From Haliotis cracherodii (lineage: Eukaryota), in assembly GCF_022045235.1 (NCBI RefSeq), contig NW_027266272.1, positions 29,140,001 through 29,204,000 of the forward strand: a stretch of DNA of 64,000 nt, read 5' to 3'. The notes beneath the pieces are model-generated. The model ran no database searches. It was not told the DNA's origin and saw only the letters and a program-made list of their open reading frames with translations. Position 1 is the first letter of the stretch. Each line of letters opens with the position of its first letter. Of the stretch, positions 11,601 through 25,402 are shown piece after piece. Both the position numbers and the translations under genes were made by a program.

Positions 11601-12112
11601 TACCTCCATGTCCCTCGTACCCGTATGTCCGTCCTCCAACTACAGTCCCCTTCCCCTCTTATACCTCCATGTCCCACATACCCGTATATCCGTCCTCCCA
11701 CTACAGCCCGCTTCCTCTCTCATACATCTATGTCCCTCTTAGCCGTATATCTGTCCTCCCACTAGAGTCCCCTTCCTCATTGATACCTCCATGTCTCCCA
11801 TACCCGTATGTCCGTCCTCCAACTACAGTCCCCTTCCCCACTCATACCTCCATGTCCCCTACACCCGTATGTCCGCCCTCCCACTACGGTCCCCTTCCCC
11901 ACTCATACCTCCATGTCCCCCATACCCGTATGTCCGTCCTCCCACTACAGCCCCCTTCCCCTCTCATACCTCCATGTCCCCCATACCAGTATATCCGTCC
12001 TCCCACTAAGGTCCCCTTTCCTTCTTATACCCCCATGTCCCCCATAACAATATGACCGTCCTTCAACTACAGTCCCCTTCCTTTTTCATACCTCCATGTC
12101 CCACATACCCGT
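8635..12112 (+). repeat. Satellite B (61-bp CCCATACCCGTATGTCCGTCCTCCCACTACAGTCCCCTTCCCCTCTCATACCTCCATGTCC), ~57 copies; 183-bp trimer HOR at ~11280-11830
   Basis: Monomer starts at 8641, 8702, 8763 and 8824. The TAGAG variant occurs at 11397, 11580 and 11763. Confidence 0.95.
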
Positions 12113-12593
12113 AAGTTTTTATTTTGACATGTGCAATATCGATACCAGATATTTAACTTTTCGGCATATATTCGTTATGGTGTCTTTATTTGTCGTATAT
12201 GACGTCACATTAGGTTAGCAGATAGAAATATTTTTCTGCTAATCTAATACAACACGACATATAGTAGTGGTATATGGCTACAAAAGACACAAAACTAATA
12301 ATATATCCCGTGCCGTTACTTCCGACCTCCACATATAGGTTCCATCCTCTGTCATACCCCTATGTTGCCTACTACCACCTGCCCTTGCCAACAGGAAAGA
12401 AAACATTGTTAAAGTGTAACCTATTACACATCTTTCAAAATCGTTATTAATATTACTCCTTTTAAACTTCTGTATAGCAAGCACCCATACTAAACCTGAA
12501 TAAACAAAATTATTACATTAACACCAGGAAAAATGACAATTGAGTTGATTTAACATAGATTACGACGGCACCTTATCATTATAAACGGAACAT

Positions 12594-12614
12594 CCCCCCC
12601 CCCCCCCCCCCCCC
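12594..12614. repeat. C21 homopolymer, unit 2 only
   Basis: Other units have ttttcccc-like sequence at this site. Confidence 0.9.
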
Positions 12615-12658
12615 AAGTCATTTGATGATTCAAGCGCTGATAAAATCCTCTTTCAAGA

Positions 12659-12900
12659 AGGGTAACTCTATTTACCTATCAAACTCTACCAGAGTAGTTT
12701 CCCTTAGAATGATCTTCGCATTTCATAACTTGTACAGCTCCAATCTAAACAGGTGACGTACCCAATGTTGATGTGTATATTTCACAATGTAAAGGCAGAC
12801 GGAAGTGCCAAGTGATGCATAAAGTCGACGCATGCGCGGACTTGCCTTCAGTAGCGGCGTCATGACAACTGTTCGGCCTTCCTGTGTGTCAGCCATTTTG
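12659..12900 (+). promoter_or_regulatory. Putative promoter, copy 2
   Basis: Same ETS, CGCATGCG and YY1 motifs as copy 1. Confidence 0.6.
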
Positions 12901-13433
12901 AGAGATATCACTGGAAGTTTTCGCAGTTTTATCGTGCAAAATACGGGCTTTAAAAGTGTGTACGACTTGAAGAGGTGCGGAAAACTATGAATCCTACTAG
13001 GAAAGGTATGTGAAATTGGCCTTTTTACCTGTGTTAAAGCTGGATGAAGCTGCTTTAATATGTTTAAACGCATAAAATAGACGCTGATCTTAAATACTCC
13101 AATTTTAATTTTCATTGTCTGTGTGTGGGTCTTAATATTATGGAGTTGCACAATAACTGTAGGTTTTTATTTCTAACCAGAACATTTGAGTTGTGCTAAA
13201 TGTACCCGGTGTGAAAACTTAACATGATACACACCCCATAATCGACTTAGGGTAAGGGAAATTGTAGGATCCCTGGAGACACGTTTTCAAGACACATATA
13301 GGCTAATTTATGAATTTTGTCTTTTATCCAAAAGAATAATGTCTTGATCAGAACTTCATCCTTTATTAAATACTACTTTGAGCGACACGTGTGTACGTTT
13401 TAAAAATTTATACTGCTGTTCAGTTCTATCATA

Positions 13434-14687
13434 ATGATGAATTGCTTGGTGGTAGTTCCTGTGACCCGCTTGCCCTCCGGGCTGCCAACAGTGGTGATGG
13501 GAGATGGGACCAGATGTCTGGTAGACAACAAGACTATCTGGATACCAGCTAGTAATCCTGTTAACCTCACCCTGAGTGCTGGTTACCTACAGCCAAGACT
13601 CCTGCAACCTGGGGCTCAGCCATCTGTGACTGGTACCCCCCCTGCCTCCTGCAGTCCAGGCACCATCTTGCAGTAGACGTAGGGAGATGATGCCTGTAAG
13701 CCTGCCCAGTTCAGAGATGGACCTACAGCTGATGAGACCAGAGGTATATTACATTGATGCTTATACATGTAGCAGAATATAACACACACAAAAAATGTTT
13801 TGTTTCTTAATCATAAAGAATCAAAATGAGACTTTGACTGTATCCCCCATCAGGCTTTCACCTGCATTCTGCCCCAACTTGACCAACCGAGTCCAGTTCC
13901 TGATTCAAAGTCTGCCCTTGTTGAAACTCCAGCCATACCATCAACAAGCAGCCCTAAACCCAATTCCAAGACCCTTATCCAGCTTAAGCAAAAACCTGAG
14001 CTCAAACCCTGCAAACGCAAGCCCCGCACTTTCAGGCCAAAACCTCAGCCAAAGCCTCGCATTCCCAAGGAGAAAGTGAGCAAGCATCAGCCTGAAAGCA
14101 AGCCCTACTTTGTGCCTCAGCCACTTGGAGCTCAGCATATCAAAACCAAGATCAAACCCTTGGGAAGCCGTATCACTAAAGCCTCGGGTGGTCATGGTAT
14201 CAATAAGTCTTCATCTAAGCTTACCTTTGGGGAACAGTTGTTGTCTGCTGATAATGCTTACATAAAGCCAAAGTCTGTCTTGCCCAGTACAGGTTGCAAG
14301 ACCTTCCCTATCCCTGTTAAGAATGTAAATCATGAGATTGTTTCAGCATCAGAGCGCGCTAAGTCAGGTGGTGTCACTGCTGCAACAGTAAGTGTAAGTC
14401 CTGACAAGGCAGTGGACAGAGCTGAACCTAACTCTGATGATGAATATGATGTGGAATATCTGTATCTTACTAAACTGATTTTAAGGAAAAAGAAGAAACC
14501 CACTGCTGAGCCCACCAAGGAGTCCCTGCCCTCACGCAAGAGGAAGTGCCCAGATGACAACAGCGAGGTGCCCCAAGCTGAGAAGCAGGCAAGACTGGAG
14601 GAGCCCCAGGACACTCTGGAGGACCTGGAAGCTCTCCTGGCTGAGTACAGCTCCAGTCTCTCATGTGGCACCAGGGACTTCTTCTAA
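13434..14687 (+). pseudogene. Gene copy 2 (type B), frameshifted; exons 13434-13743 and 13854-14687
   Basis: C7 at 13636-13642 replaces TC5 (+1 nt), giving a stop at 13676 after 80 aa. There is also a 15-nt deletion. The last coding exon is fully open. Confidence 0.7.
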
Positions 14688-14869
14688 ACACTGTAAGGGA
14701 CAGGGAACAGGTAGGTATAGATTAGTGTGTAGTATTTAGGTTAATGTTCGTAAAACTTCAAGACAGTCAACTCGTATTTTGACCATCAGCTACCGTTTCT
14801 GTTTTATCTACAATCTACTGAATCTAGTGCTATTATCTGTGTCTGGCCAATTCCACGTCCATGGTACTC

Positions 14870-16395
14870 TACCCCTTGTATCTATATTCTCACTTTGCCT
14901 TTATGTCCTACAGTACCTGCTCTGTTGGTATCTAATCTAAATGTTGTATGTCGTCTTCTACTCTAGTCTGCTGTGTACTGTCACACTGTACCATACCCAC
15001 TGCATTGTCCAACTTTACTTTCTTCTGTACTGCCCTACGTTACTTTCTTCTACACTGTACCCTTATCAATCCTGCTTACTGAACTCTGTACTATGCTAAT
15101 AAGCCTCATCTGTACTGTCCTACCCTGTAATGTCCTACCTTCCTCTGTACTGTCCTACTCTACCCTCTCTTGTACTGTCGTACTTTGTACTGTTCTATCG
15201 TACCTTACTCTGTACTATCCTAATCTACTGTCCTGTACTGTCCTTCTCTGTACTGTTCTACCCTACGCTCCCCGGTACTCCCCTTCCATACCCTACTGTA
15301 CTGTCCTTCTCTGAACTGCCCTACTCTACCCTCTTTACCCTCTTTACTAGCCTACTCTACTGTCCTAGTCTGTACTGCCCTACTCTACCCTTCCCTGTAC
15401 TGTGCTACTCTACCTTACTCTGCAGTATCCTACTCTACTGTCCAACTCTGTACTGCCCTACTCTACCCTTCCCTGTACTGTGCTATTCTACCTTACTCCT
15501 TATTATCCTACATTACTGTCCTAGGCTGTACTGCCCTACTCTACCCTACCTTATCCTGTGCTACTCTACCTTATTCTGCAGTATCCAACTCTGTACTGCC
15601 CTACTCTACCCTTCCCTGTACTGTGCTACTCTACCTTACCCCTTACTATCCTACTGTACTGTCCTAGGCTGTACTGCCCTACTCTACCCTACCTTATCCT
15701 GTGCTACTCTACCTTATTCTGCAGTATCCAACTCTGTACTGCCCTACTCTACCCTTCCCTGTACTGTGCTACTCTACCTTACCCCTTACTATCCTACTGT
15801 ACTGTCCTAGGCTGTACTGCCCTACTCTACCCTACCTTATCCTGTGCTACTCTACCTTATTCTGCAGTATCCAACTCTGTACTGCCCTACTCTACCCTTC
15901 CCTGTACTGTGCTACTCTACCTTACCCCTTACTATCCTACTGTACTGTCCTAGGCTGTACTGCCCTACTCTACCCTACCTTATCCTGTGCTACTCTACCT
16001 TATTCTGCAGTATCAAACTCTGTACTGCCCTACTCTACCCTTCCCTGTACTGTGCTACTCTACCTTACCCCTTACTATCCTACTCTACTGTCCTAGTCTG
16101 TACTGCCCTACTCTACCCTACCCTATCCTAGGCTACTCTGCCTTACTCCTTACTATCCTACTCTACCCTTCCCTACCCTGTGCTAATCTACCTTACTCTG
16201 CAGTATACTACTCTACTGTCCTACTCTGTACTGCCCTACTCTACCCTTCCCTGTACTTTGCTACTCTACCTTACTCCTTACTATCCTACTCTACTGTCCT
16301 AGTCTATACTGTCCTACTCTAGCCTACTCTGAACTGTCCTACTCTGGCCTACTTTGTACTGTCCTACTCTAGCCTACTCAGTACTGTCCTACCCT
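14870..16395 (+). repeat. Satellite A, unit 2 proximal block with a 143-bp higher-order repeat (~15470-16130)
   Basis: Near-identical ORFs start at 15558, 15701, 15844 and 15987. Confidence 0.92.
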
Positions 16396-16864
16396 GTCAT
16401 GTCCACAAAGGGTTGTATACAGGTAAATGACTTGGACGTAAAAAATGTAATAAGTCAATGGCAAAAGTCAATAAGTCAAAGAAACAAAGTTGGAGGATGC
16501 AGTTAAATTTCGAAGTTAAATCAGTACTTTTAAAAAATCAGGTATAGCTTCTGCGCACCTGGCTACCTGCCGGGCCTGGGAGGAATAATGCCATATGTTG
16601 AAGCATATTGAAAAAAACTTACCTCGTACATACTTACCTTTTGTTGAAAAAACACAACAACATAAGACATTAATACAACATATATCCACGTGTTATGGCT
16701 TTTCGGACGCTGAAAAACATTCATAGTTTTTGCGCTAATCACATGAACAAATGTAAAAAACATCTCATTCACTTATAAAGGACAAGTTTATCTTAAAAAC
16801 AAACCATCATCTGAATATTTACAATTTCTGTGTGGCGCCACACCCCTCGTTATAGTGCAAGTAT

Positions 16865-16925
16865 TCGTGATAGAAAATGTATAAAGTCCGAAAAGCGATG
16901 TTACACCCACTCACTCACTCTTTCA
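16865..16925 (+). mobile_element. Degenerate SINE-like tail with (CACT)n
   Basis: cgtgatag...aaaagcgatgttacacccactcactcactc. Confidence 0.4.
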
Positions 16926-18595
16926 CTCCTACTTTATCCTGCTCTGTCCTACCCTACCCTACTCTGTACTGCCCTACTCTACCCTACTCTGTACTGTCCT
17001 ACTCTACCCTACTCTGTACTGTCCCACCCTACCCTACTCTGTACTGTCCCACCCTACCCTACTCTGTACTGCCCTACTCTACCCTACTCTGTACTGTCCT
17101 ACTCTACCCTACTCTGTACTGTCCCACCCTACCCTACTCTGTACTGCCCTACTCTACTCTACTCTGTACTGTCCCATCCTACCCTACTCTGTACTGTCTT
17201 ACTCTACCCTACTCTGTACTGTCCCACCCTACCCTACTCTGTACTGTCCTACTCTACCCTACTCTGTACTGTCCTACTCTACCCTACTCTGTACTGTCCC
17301 ACCCTACCCTACTCTGTACTGCCCTACTCTACCCTACTATGTACTGTCCCACCCTACCCTACTCTGTACTGTCCTACTCTACCCTACTATGTACTGTCCC
17401 ACCATACCCTACTCTGTACTGCCCTACTCTACTCTACTCTGTACTGTCCTACTCTACCCTACTCTGTACTGTCTCACCCTACCCTACTCTGTACTTCCCT
17501 ACTCTACCCTACTCTGTACTGTCCTACCCTACCCTACTCTGTACTGTCCTACTCTACCCTACTATGTACTGTCCCACCTACCCTACTATGTACTGACGTA
17601 CTCTACCCCACTCTGCACTGTCCTACTCTGTACTGTCCCACCCTACCCTACTCTGTACTGCCCTACTCTACCCTACTCTGTACTGCCCTAATCTACCCTA
17701 CTCTGTACTGTCCTACTCTACCCTACTCTGTACTGCCCTACTCTACTCTACTCTACTCTGTACTGTCCTACTCTACCCTACTCTGTACTGTCTCACCCTA
17801 CCCTACTATGTACTGCCCTACTCTACCCTACTCTGTACTGCCCTACTCTACCCTACTCTGTACTGTCCTACTCTACCCTACTCTGTACTGCCCTACTCTA
17901 CTCTACTCTGTACTGTCCTACTCTACCCTACTCTGTACTGTCTCACTCTACCCTACTCTGTACTGCCCTACTCTACCCTACTCTGTACTGTCCTACCCTA
18001 CCCTACTCTGTACTGCCCTACTCTACTCTACTCTGTACTGTCCTACTCTACCCTACTCTGTACTGTCTCACCCTACCCTACTCTGTACTGCCCTATTCTA
18101 CCCTACTCTGTACTGTCTCACTCTACCCTACTCTGTACTGCCCTACTCTACCCTACTCTGTACTGTCCTACTCTACCCTACTCTGTACTGCCCTACTCTA
18201 CTCTACTCTGTACTGTCCTACTCTACCCTACTCTGTACTGCCCTACTCTACTCTACTATGTACTGCCCTACTCTACCCTACTCTGTACTGCCCTATTCTA
18301 GCCTACTCTGTACTGTCCTACTCTACCCTACTCTGTACTGTCTCACCCTACCCTACTCTGTACTGCCCTATTCTAGCCTACTCTGTACTGTCTCACCCTA
18401 CCCTACTATGTACTGCCCTACTCTACTCTACTATCTACTGCCCTACTCTACCCTACTCTGTACTGCCCTATTCTAGCCTACTCTGTACTGTCCTACTCTA
18501 CCCTACTCTGTACTGTTCCACCCTACCCTACTATGTACTGACGTACTCTACCCCACTCTGCACTGTCCTACTCTGTACTGTCCTACTCTACCTTA
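16925..18595 (+). repeat. Satellite A, unit 2 distal homogeneous 25-bp array
   Basis: About 65 near-identical monomers. Confidence 0.95.
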
Positions 18596-20389
18596 CCATA
18601 TTTCTGTTCATTTCGTTACTCTCCTACAAACTTGCGATAAGTTTAGACGGTAGTCAAGTGGTAGTTATTTTCGAGAATTTAACATTGAGATATGTTTAAT
18701 AGTTCACACTTTATTCAAGTAATGTAAGATATGCTAAGGAAATGTGTCACTGTACGTTTTTGTAAGTTCATGTGAAGAGTGGAAAGGGACGGCTGTGAGG
18801 GGAGGTTGGAGGCCGTTTATTTAGTATGTACTGATATACATGTATTTATTTCAAAGTTATTAATGCGTTATTCTTAATAAAAGGTATTTTTCCAGTGTAA
18901 GAAGTAGTTCTGTTGTATTTAAGAACTGAAGTTGAATTGTATGGTTAGATGATGTGAAGGAAGAATGTGAGTAGGCCATTGCATGGTGCTCATTGAGCAT
19001 CAGCTGACAGACCCCATTCATGATATACGTCTTTGTTGTGTATTTTACTGTCGAATTACTCAACAAGGTTTTTAATGGTCATTTCCTATCAACATCATAG
19101 CTCAGAAGATAGGACACACATAATTTCTTTGATTTCTATCATGAATGCCACACAAACAGTGCATGATGAGAACAGTTTAGCATGAAGTGGTCAGTCAGGT
19201 CACACATTCAAATATTATTCATATATAATCGTTCCTGACAATGTTTATACTTGAAGAAGTATCAAACTTTAATTACAATCTTATATGTCAGATTATAAGG
19301 ATCAGCTATTACGAAAATTCACAAAATATGTGAACATGTATTGTATCCAAGATGGAGTTTTCAATATTTACGTCACACATGGAATATTATGGCAAGGTAA
19401 AGACACAAGACTGTGTTATGTACTCATACAAAGGAAGAGATATGCTTTAGTTTGAGTGTCAGCGTGAGAATGGATACCCCTGAGGGGAAACAAATGTGGA
19501 AAGCAAATTCACGAGTGAGTGAGGAAATGGGCAAATCAATAAGCATATGCAGTGGAATATTATATCTGTATTATGGCGGCATATGAGGTTATCCAGTCTG
19601 AACCAGTAAAACCACGAAGACACACAACTTATCAGGATTACTGATGACTCTCCATCATGCACTATTCATTGTCGTGAAACATTCCAAAGAGAAGAATAGG
19701 TAAAATGTCAACTCATTAAGGATTTACAGAAAGCTGCCATTCATGATATACGTCCAGGTGATGTCTTTCAGCATGTTCAGTGTATGTTATCTTAATGGCC
19801 ATTACCTATCAATGTCATGGCTCAGAAGATAGAATTCCCATAATTTCTTTGATTTCAATCATAAATGCCACACAAACAAAGCATGACGAGAAACGTTCAA
19901 CATGAAGTTATCAGTGACTATACATTAAACTCACACAAATATAGCTTTGACGTTTTTGTATATCACCATGCCAGACAATGTGTATTCTTGTGTTGTTGAA
20001 TCCGAAATCGAGTGCATTAAATGTTTACGCCACACTGGCAAATATATCATCAGAAGACAAGAGATGACATATGATATGTCCATTGAGACGAGACGTGTTT
20101 GAATGTGAACGTGAGAATGGACACCTCTGAGGGGAGCAAACCAAATGTGGAAAGCCAATTCACGAGTGATTCAGGAAATGGGCAAATCAATAGACATATC
20201 GAGCGGATATTCTATCCATGTAGGCAATATAACATGTATTGCCTCGTACCAAAAGAAATGTTGGCCATCTACTGGTAAAGAAACAAATATTACAGCTGGA
20301 TCAGTGGTGGGATGAAAGAAAATCTAGTCTGAACCAGACAAACCACGATGCCACAAGTAGCCAATCACACTTTGTCCTCCATAAATCAC

Positions 20390-20740
20390 TGAATATTGTC
20401 ACGAAGCATTTCTGAGACAGAATGTGTGACTGGTAAACTATCCTGAACTGTACACAAAAGATGGGTCACTCTGATAAAGCACTGACCATAAGCTGATAAA
20501 ACGTGCCTCACAGCTAGTCCTCCTTAAAGAACTATTCATATACAGCCATTGTCACCAAGACCATCTCAAGACAAACATGGGTGACTTGTAAACTATTCTC
20601 ATCTAGAGTCATAATGTGTGTCACTCAGATCACTCAGCACTTTTCAAACTCAGCAGCCATTGTCACCAACGTGGTCTCAAGACAAACATGGGTGACTGGT
20701 AAGCTTTTCTGACCTGGACACATTTGGTGGGTTACTCAGA
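20390..20740. repeat. ~157-bp repeat, unit 2 (partly deleted)
   Basis: Same anchor at ~20543 and ~20654, with a degenerate copy at ~20392. Confidence 0.8.
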
Positions 20741-21639
20741 CGAGATCTGATCATACATGAATATGGTATAGCATGCATTGATTCAATGGTTGATATCATA
20801 CACTTATTCCAAGCAGTACACGGTAAGGAAACAGCTTTGCTTTTTGCATTGCAAAAGTTTAAGTTTCGTTCTTGTATTTGCCAAAGACTTCATATCAAGA
20901 AAATGTTCCACACGAGCATTTGAAATCTATGAAACGCTGTGACTTTATGATATATAATATCAGAAACTTATTAGATAATGACAAAGTTATGTTGCAAATA
21001 CGTTTTCCTGAGTCTAACGGATAAAAAAGTGAAAAATTCTAAACGCAATGACCGTATCTACTTTTAGTAATCAACGGGTTGTAATATGCTCAAATAGGCC
21101 CGCTTCCTGTAGAAGCACCGGAGTGTCAATATGGGTTCAGCAGGCCAACACTGGACGTAAGTGGGCTAACACAGTTGTGCCTGGCCAATATGGCTTTTGC
21201 GTGTGATTGCATTGCTTACATTGCAATCCCCAAAAGGCGATAGACTGCTGTTATGTAAGATCCTGGGTCCTGTTTTTGTTATAACTGTGACATTTTTTTA
21301 TATATTTTTCTTGATCTCTTTTACTGATACTCTTTTGAAACACATAGTTTAGGTAGTAAATTATAAATGTCATAAAATGTGTGTTTTCAAATTGGCCTTG
21401 TAACAGGTCCTCGGACAGTCATATTGGCCCAGTATCATTGCCTCGGTCCAATATAGCCCACCCAGGGCCATATGACTGACTTTGCTTTTTCCTTGTATTT
21501 TATGCCATCGTCGTCCTCCCACTATACAGACTTCTGCACAAGTATATTGTCCATCCTCCTCATCTTCCTCTCCTCTGTCCCTACTTCCCTCTCCATCCTC
21601 CCTAATAACATCTCCACCCTCCCTTGTTCACCAATCCTC

Positions 21640-24432
21640 CTCACTCATACCTCAATGTCCCACATACCCGTATGTCTGTCCTCCCACTACACTCCCCTTC
21701 CCCTCTCACACCTTGATGTCTCACATACCAGTACGTCCGTTCTCCCACTCAATTCCCCTTCCCCTCTTATACCTCAATGCCACCCATGCCCGTATGTCCG
21801 TCCTCCCACTACAGCCCCCTTCCCCTCTCAAACCATAGTGCCCCCATACGCGTATGTCTGTCCTCACACTACAACCCCCTTCCCTTCTCAAACCATAGTG
21901 CCCCCATACCCGTATGTCCGTCCTGCCTCTACATTTCCTTCCCCCTCTCATACCTCCATGTCCCCCATACCCGTATATCCGTCCTCCCACTGCAGTCCCC
22001 TTCCCCTCTCATACCTCCATGTCCCCCATACCCATATGTCCGTCCTCTCACTACAGCCCCTTCCCCTCTCATACCTCCATGTCCCACATACCCGTATGTC
22101 CGCCCTCCCACTACGGCCCGCTTCATCTCTTACACCTCCATGTCCCCCATACCCGTATGTCCGTCCTCCCAATACTGCCCCCTTTACATCTCACACACCA
22201 TGTCCCTCATACCCGCATGTCAGTCCTCCCACAACAGTCCCCTTCCCCTCTCATACCTTCATGTCCCCAAACCCGTATGTCCGTCCTCCCATTATAGTCC
22301 CCTTCATCTCTCACACACCATGTCCCTCATACCCGCATGTCAGTCCTCCCACAACAGTCCCCTTCCCCTCTCATACCTTCATGTCCCCAAACCCGTATGT
22401 CCGTCCTCCCATTATAGTCCCCTTCATCTCTCACACCTCCATGTCCACCAACCCGTATGTCCGTCCTCTCACTACAGCCCCCTTCCCCGCTCATGGTTCC
22501 GTATACCCGTTCTCCCACTACAGTGTTCTTCCGATCTCATACCTCCATGACCCCCATACCCGTATGTCCGTCCTCCTACTATAACCCGCCTCATCTCTTA
22601 CACCTCGATGTCCCCCATACCCGTGAGGAAAGACATACCTGTGTGGGGACATGGAGGTATGAGAGGGGAAGGGGACTGTTGTGGAGGACTGACATAAGGG
22701 AATGGGGGACATCAAGGTATGAGGTATCAAGGTCCTCCCACTACAGTCCCCTTCCCCTCTCATACCTCCATGTCCCCACACAGTATTTGTCCCACATTCC
22801 CGTATGTCCGTCCTCTCACTGCAGCCCGCTTCCCCTCTCATACCTCCATGTCCCCCATAGCCGTATGTCAGTCCTCCCACTTGTCCCCTTCCTCTCTCAT
22901 ACCTCCATGTCCCCAGTAGCCGTATGTCAGTCCTCCACTACATCACTTCCACCATCACACAGTATTTGTCCCACATTCCCGTATGTCCGTCCTCCCACTA
23001 CAGCCCGCTTCCCCTCTCATACCTCCATGTCTCCCATAGCCGTATGTCAGTCCTCCCACTACAGTCCCCTTCCTCTCTCATACCTTGATGTCCCCCATAC
23101 CCGTATGTCACTTCTCCCACTACAGTCCCCTTCGCCTCTCATACCTCCATGTCCCCAGTAGCCGTATGTTAGTCCTCCACTACATCACTTCCACCATCAC
23201 ACAGTATTTGTCCAACATTCCCGTATGTCACTTCTCCCACTACAGTCCCCTTCCCCTCTCATACCTCCATGTCCCCCGTAGACGTATGTCAGTCCTCCCA
23301 CTTCAGTCCCCTTCCCCTCTCATACCTCCGTGTCCCCCGTAGCCGTATGTCAGGCCTCCCACTTCAGTCCCCTTCCCCCCTCATACCTCCAAGTCCCCCG
23401 TAGCCGTATGTCAGTCCTCCACTACATCACCTCCCCTCTCATACCTCCATGTCCCCCGTAGCCGTATGTCAGTCCTCCCACTACAGTCCCTTTCCCTCTC
23501 ATACCTCCATGTCCCCTATACCCGTATGTCAAACCTCCACTGCAGTCCCCTTCACCTCTCATACCTCCATGTCCCTAATACCCGTATGTCAGTCCTCCCA
23601 CTACAGTCCCCTTCCCCTCTCATACCTCCAAGTCCCCCTTAGCCGTATGTCAGTCCTCCACTACATCACTTCCCCTCTCATACCTCCATGTCCCCCGAAG
23701 CCATATGTCAGTCCTCCCACTACAGTCCCTTTCCCTCTCATACCTCCATATCCCCCATACCCGTATGTCCGTCCTCCTATTACTGTCCCCTTTACCTCTC
23801 CTACCTCCATGTCCTCCAACCCGTATGTCAGTCTTCCCCCTACTTTCCCCTTTACCTCTCATACCTCAATGTCCCTCATATCCGTATGTCCGTCCTCCCA
23901 CTACAATCCCCTTCCCCTCTCACACCTTGATGTCCCCCATATTCGTATGTCCGTCCTCCCACTACAGTCCCCTTTCCCTCACATACCTCCATGTTCCCCC
24001 ACACCCGTGTGTTAGTCTTGCCACTACTGTCCCCTTTACATCTTACACTCCATGTCCCCCACGCCCGTATGTCAGTCCTCCCACTACAGTCCCCTTCCCC
24101 TCTCATACCTCCATGCCCCATACCCGTATGTCAAACCTCCACTACAGTCTCCTTCACCTCTCATACCTCCATGTGCCCCATACCCGTATGTCAGTCCTCC
24201 CACTACAGCCCCCTTCCCCTCTCATAGCTCCTTGTCCCACATACCCGTATCTCTGACCTCCCACTACAGCCCCCTTCCACTCTCATACCTCCTTGTCCAA
24301 CATACCCGTATCTCTGACCTCCCACTACAGCCCCCTTCCCCTCTCATACCTCCATGTCCCCTATACCCGTATTTCAAACCTCCACTACAGCCCCCTTCCC
24401 CTTTCATACCTCCATGTCCCACATACCCGTAA
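21640..24432 (+). repeat. Satellite B, unit 2 (~45 copies, includes a short inversion)
   Basis: 59-61-bp periodicity. Confidence 0.95.
22623..22725 (-). repeat. Inverted ~1.7 monomers of satellite B
   Basis: ggggacatggaggtatgagaggggaaggggactg is the reverse complement of the monomer. Confidence 0.95.
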
Positions 24433-24914
24433 GTTTTCACATGTGCAATATGGATACCAGATAGTGTTAACTTTTCGGCATAATAAATGTGTTATGGTGT
24501 CTTTATTTGCCGTATATGGTGTCACATTAGGTTAACAGAAAGAAATAGCGTAATCTACTAAAGACACAAAACTAATAATATATCCCGTGCCGTTGCCCCC
24601 GACCTCCCTATGTTACCTACTGCCACCTGCCCTTGCCAGCGGTAATTTAAGGAAAGAAAACATTGTTAAAGTGTAACCTATCCCCATCTATCAAAATCGT
24701 TAATATTACTCATTTTATATTTCTCTAAAGCAGCAATTCTTGTAAGCACGATCCCATACTAAACCTGAAACAAACAATTACAAACATCAGAAACAATGAC
24801 AATGGAGTTTATTTAACACAGAATACGGCGGCACCTTATCATTATAAACGGAACATTTCCCCCAAAAAAGTCTTTTGATGGGTCATTCAAGCGCTAATAA
24901 AATCCTCTTTCAAG

Positions 24915-25157
24915 AAGGGTAACTCTATTTACCTATTAAACTCTTCCAGAGTAGTTTCCCTTAGAATGATCCTCGCATTTCATAACTTGTACAGCTCCAA
25001 TCTAAACAGGTGACGTACCCAATGTTGATGTGTATATTTCACAATGTAAAGGCAGACGGAAGTGCCAAGTGATGCATAAAGTCGACGCATGCGTGGACTT
25101 GCTTTAAGTAGCGGCGCCATGACAACTGTTAGGCCTTCCTGTGTGTCAGCCATTTTG
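24915..25157 (+). promoter_or_regulatory. Putative promoter, copy 3
   Basis: Same motifs as copy 1. Confidence 0.6.
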
Positions 25158-25371
25158 AGAGATATCACTGGAGGTGTTCGCAGTTTTATCGTGCAAAATA
25201 CGACTCTAAAAGTGTGTACGACTTGAAGAGGTAGAGAAAACAATGAATCCTACTAGAACAGGTATGTGAAATTGGCCTTTTTACCAGTGATAAGGCTGGA
25301 TGAAGCTGTTTTAACATGTTTAAAACGCATAAAATAGACGCTGATCTTTCTATACTCCAATTTTAATTTTC

Positions 25372-25373
<2 letters not shown>

Positions 25374-25402
<29 letters not shown>
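25374..25402. repeat. (TG)14 microsatellite, unit 3 only
   Basis: Direct observation. Unit 2 has tgtctgtgtgtggg at the same site. Confidence 0.95.

Larger units (their letters stand above)
1..12359 (+). repeat. Macrosatellite unit 1 (~12.4 kb; promoter, gene, 25-bp satellite, spacer, 61-bp satellite)
   Basis: The anchor atgttgcctactgccacctgcccttgcca at 3 recurs with few substitutions at 12362, 24610 and 34789. Module order is the same in each unit. The unit phase is arbitrary because it is set by the window start. Confidence 0.95.
12360..24607 (+). repeat. Macrosatellite unit 2 (~12.2 kb)
   Basis: Collinear with unit 1 (promoter offset 12360). Paralogous ORFs at 13434, 14076 and 19459. Confidence 0.95.

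Noticed and set aside
8575-12055. Pro-rich ORFs up to 575 aa in satellite B
   Set aside because: The 61-bp period cycles through all three frames. The ORFs overlap and are not conserved between units.
13795-14079. Alternative-frame ORF (NQNETLTVSPIR...) as the true next exon
   Set aside because: It is interrupted by TAA in copy 1 and does not join the conserved C-terminus. Synonymous changes favour the other frame.
16830-18476. 548-aa Tyr/Cys/Pro/Leu ORF
   Set aside because: It is a translation of the stop-free 25-bp satellite.
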